The position numbers and the translations under genes are program-made. This document shows positions 38,901-41,544 of a stretch of DNA of 41,544 nucleotides, piece after piece; positions within the stretch are counted from its first letter, which is position 1; the number at the start of each line of letters is the position of its first letter. Below the pieces are notes generated by a model. It had not been told where the DNA came from, did no database searches, and worked only from the letters and a program-made list of their open reading frames with translations. This DNA is from Clostridia bacterium (lineage in GTDB: Bacteria > Bacillota > Clostridia > Oscillospirales > CAG-382). The stretch is from assembly GCA_017630915.1 (NCBI GenBank), contig JAGBUH010000115.1, positions 1 to 41,544 on the forward strand, written 5' to 3'.

Positions 38901-41125
38901 TCAAGAAGTGTTTGTTGTGTTATTTCGGGATCAATATCTTCAAAAATCACACCCGAAGCAGGAAGTTTGCTCTTTCTGTAACGCGATTCCTTTAACAGTT
39001 TGTTCACTTCGGGATTATAGGGTACAACAGAAATGATTTTTCTTCCCTTTTTTAGAGTAAATAACTGGCTTCCGCATGATGTTTTGGTCGATTTTTCGAG
39101 CACTTGGCTTTCTTTAATCAGCAACGCTCTGTCATCATCGGAACGAACAAGAAATTCGCCGTTGCCGTTTGACATAAATACGCCGACAGCGGGACTACCG
39201 CCAAAGAAAGCGTTTGTCAACTTCTTACGGTTTGTCTTTGTAGCGTAAGAATCAAGCGGAACCGAAACGGCTTTACCATTTTCAAAGAAAATCAAAATTC
39301 TGCCTGTGTATTCGCGTAGACATATTGCAGAAATGACTTTTTCATTTTCATTGAATTTAAGTTTTCCTGCGACGTATTCGCCTAACGCGCTCGCCTTTGA
39401 ATCCTCAAAATCATCAAGACGCGATTTATAGACTTGTGCATCAGACGTAAAGAATAACACTTCTTCGTTGTTATTAGTTTCAAATCTTGTACGAAGAGAA
39501 TCGTTTTCTTTGAATTTTTGCACGTCATTACCGCGAAGCGAAGCAAGAGTACACTTCTTAAAATAACCTTCCATACTCAAAAATGCTTCGCACGGATATT
39601 CTGCAACGGGTTCTTCGGTATCTTCAACAGAAATTTCGTTTTTGTCGATAATATAGGTTTTTCTCGGCATACCGTACTTATCGGCGATTTCCGAAAGTTG
39701 CTTTATAATACGTGTTTTGATTCTGCGTTCACTCGAAATAAGAAGTTTTAGTTCTTCAATATCTTTTTCAAGTTGCTCAATCTCTTCAATGCGTTTCAAA
39801 ATATACTGTTTGTTAAGATTACGCAACTTTATATCGGCAACATATTCTGCTTGAACTTCGTCAATCGAAAAGCCGGTCATCAGGTTGGGAACAACATCTT
39901 TTTCGTTTTCAGTTCCGCGAATAATCGCAATTGCCTTGTCGATATCAAGCAAAATCGAACGTAAACCAAAAAGCAAATGCAACTTATCGCTTTTCTTTGC
40001 AAGGTCGAACATATATGTTCTGCGCAGACATTCAACGCGGAAAGCAGACCATTCTTCAAGAATCTGCTTAATTCCCATTGTTTGAGGAACACCGCCGACA
40101 AGTATATTAAAATTGCACTTGAAATCATCTTCAAGTTTTGTTAACCTAAATAGTTTTTGCATCAACTTTTCCGGATCAGCACCGCGTTTGAGGTCAATAG
40201 CCATTTTAAAGCCATTGATATCAATTTCATCACGTACGTCCGAAACGTCTTTTATCTTCCCTTCTTTGACAAGTTGAATCATACTTTCGCGTATCTTTTC
40301 AAGCGTTGTGGTATAAGGGATTTGCAAAACTTCTATTCTGTTTTCGCTCTTGTCATATACATATTTTGCGCGTACTTTTAAAGAACCGCGACCTGTTTCA
40401 TAAACTTCGCGAATTTTGTCTTTATCATAAATGAGCAAACCGCCCGTCGAGAAATCCGGGGCTTTGAGAATGTCCATGATTTCTTCGGTAGAAATATTTT
40501 CGTTACGAAGATATGCACACGTAACTTCGCATACCTCACGAAGATTAAACGAACAAATATCGCTTGCCATACCTACCGCGATACCCGAATTGGGAGAAAC
40601 AAGTATGTTAGGAAAGCTTGTAGGAAGCAACACGGGCTCTGTGGTAGTGCTATCGTAGTTATCTACAAAATCAACAGCATCTCTGTCGATACCGTCGAAA
40701 ATCTCCTCGCTGAATTTTGCGAGTTTACATTCAGTATAACGAGAAGCAGCATACGCCATATCGGAATATTGTTTGCCGAAACTTCCCTTTGATTCTATAA
40801 ACGGATGCAACAAAACCTCTTTGCCCGTAGTAAGACGAACAAGCGTTTCATAAATCGCGGCATCGCCGTGAGGGTTTAACACCATGGTTTGTCCTACGAC
40901 TTTTGCGCTTTTTTGTTTTGCGCCCGTCAACAAACCCATTTTATACATAGTATATAAAAGTTTTCTGTGAGCAGGCTTAAATCCGTCGATAGCAGGAATC
41001 GCACGTGAAACGATAACCGTCATCGCATAGGGCATATAGTTCGTTTCAAGTACGTTAGTTATGCTAACATCAATAGGCTCGGATATTATCTCGGGTTCTA
41101 CAACCTTTGTTTTCTTTTTTGCCAT
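38897..41125 (-). CDS. parC: Type IIA topoisomerase A subunit (ParC-like; no GyrA box)
   Basis: DGFKPAHR, PHGD, AASRYTE (catalytic Tyr), GIAVGMA, PDFSTGG; short CTD; start 41125 after GAGGT; parC versus gyrA assignment is inferred. Confidence 0.8.
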   Translation of the reverse strand: MAKKKTKVVEPEIISEPIDVSITNVLETNYMPYAMTVIVSRAIPAIDGFKPAHRKLLYTMYKMGLLTGAKQKSAKVVGQTMVLNPHGDAAIYETLVRLTTGKEVLLHPFIESKGSFGKQYSDMAYAASRYTECKLAKFSEEIFDGIDRDAVDFVDNYDSTTTEPVLLPTSFPNILVSPNSGIAVGMASDICSFNLREVCEVTCAYLRNENISTEEIMDILKAPDFSTGGLLIYDKDKIREVYETGRGSLKVRAKYVYDKSENRIEVLQIPYTTTLEKIRESMIQLVKEGKIKDVSDVRDEIDINGFKMAIDLKRGADPEKLMQKLFRLTKLEDDFKCNFNILVGGVPQTMGIKQILEEWSAFRVECLRRTYMFDLAKKSDKLHLLFGLRSILLDIDKAIAIIRGTENEKDVVPNLMTGFSIDEVQAEYVADIKLRNLNKQYILKRIEEIEQLEKDIEELKLLISSERRIKTRIIKQLSEIADKYGMPRKTYIIDKNEISVEDTEEPVAEYPCEAFLSMEGYFKKCTLASLRGNDVQKFKENDSLRTRFETNNNEEVLFFTSDAQVYKSRLDDFEDSKASALGEYVAGKLKFNENEKVISAICLREYTGRILIFFENGKAVSVPLDSYATKTNRKKLTNAFFGGSPAVGVFMSNGNGEFLVRSDDDRALLIKESQVLEKSTKTSCGSQLFTLKKGRKIISVVPYNPEVNKLLKESRYRKSKLPASGVIFEDIDPEITQQTLLD

Positions 41126-41136
41126 TTTTAACCTCA

Positions 41137-41544
41137 TCAATAATCAGCGAGTTCAAGGTACTTAGCACCATTTTGGGCTATAAAGTCCTTTCTTCCGCTA
41201 ATATTATCGCCAAGCAGAATATCAAACATTTCGTATGTTTTTTCTTCATCTTCTGGCGAAATTCTGACCAACTTGCGTGTTGCGGGTTTCATCGTCGTAA
41301 GGCTCATCATGTCGGCATCGTTTTCGCCAAGACCTTTCGAACGTTGAATAGTGAATTTCTTCTCGCCGAGTTTTTCCAAAATAACGTTCTTTTCGGCTTC
41401 GCTGTATGCAAACATCGTTTCGCCACCGCTTGTTATTTCATAAAGAGGAGTTTCTGCGATATAAATTCTTCCCTCTTTAATAAGTGTAGGAAGCAAACGG
41501 TAAAACATCGTAAGAATAAGCGTTCTGATTTGGTAGCCGTCCTC
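41137..41544 (-). CDS. parE: Type IIA topoisomerase B subunit (ParE/GyrB-like), 3' part; the start lies beyond the window
   Basis: Frame is open to the window edge: EDGYQIRTLILTMFYR (Toprim), PLY, QRSKGLGE, RKDFI. Confidence 0.8.
   Translation of the reverse strand, partial: EDGYQIRTLILTMFYRLLPTLIKEGRIYIAETPLYEITSGGETMFAYSEAEKNVILEKLGEKKFTIQRSKGLGENDADMMSLTTMKPATRKLVRISPEDEEKTYEMFDILLGDNISGRKDFIAQNGAKYLELADY

Noticed and set aside
193-40658. Numerous 60-190 aa alternative-frame or antisense ORFs in the track
   Set aside because: They overlap well-supported genes and show no RBS or family motifs; shadow ORFs

Overview
41.5 kb of low-GC core chromosome from a spore-forming Clostridia-type Firmicute (cwlD, spoIIM-like, yunB; gene content suggests an Oscillospirales/Ruminococcaceae-like lineage, which is inference). 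I found no IS element, prophage, CRISPR array, tRNA or rRNA. Gene order: ZTP-riboswitch-controlled pflB-pflA; a CapA-family lipoprotein; an operon of a small membrane peptide, a membrane-anchored cohesin-like protein, a membrane protein, cwlD, radA and a DUF6873 gene; proC/spoIIM-like/xerD/DUF624 on the minus strand; an RluA-family gene; DUF2812-hprK-glucokinase-lon-engB-lysA; large SRP RNA-dnaX-ybaB-recR; a 1037-aa scaffoldin-like protein; yitT-mntP; yunB; DHHW-trmH; gdpP-rplI-dnaB-tilS-ftsH; and a divergent type IIA topoisomerase pair running off the right edge. Most notable observations: (1) a candidate non-cellulosomal cohesin-dockerin surface system, made of a TM-anchored single cohesin and a two-cohesin/LRR/dockerin adaptor with tandem-repeat linkers; (2) a XerD lacking two catalytic residues (R->K, K->S), flanked by a perfect 11-6-11 palindrome and by tandem dif-arm-like repeats; (3) an NrdR-type box in the pfl promoter stacked on a ZTP riboswitch; (4) a DHHW/AlgJ-like protein with a degenerate catalytic triad. 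Family assignments come from recognising motifs by eye, not from database searches.
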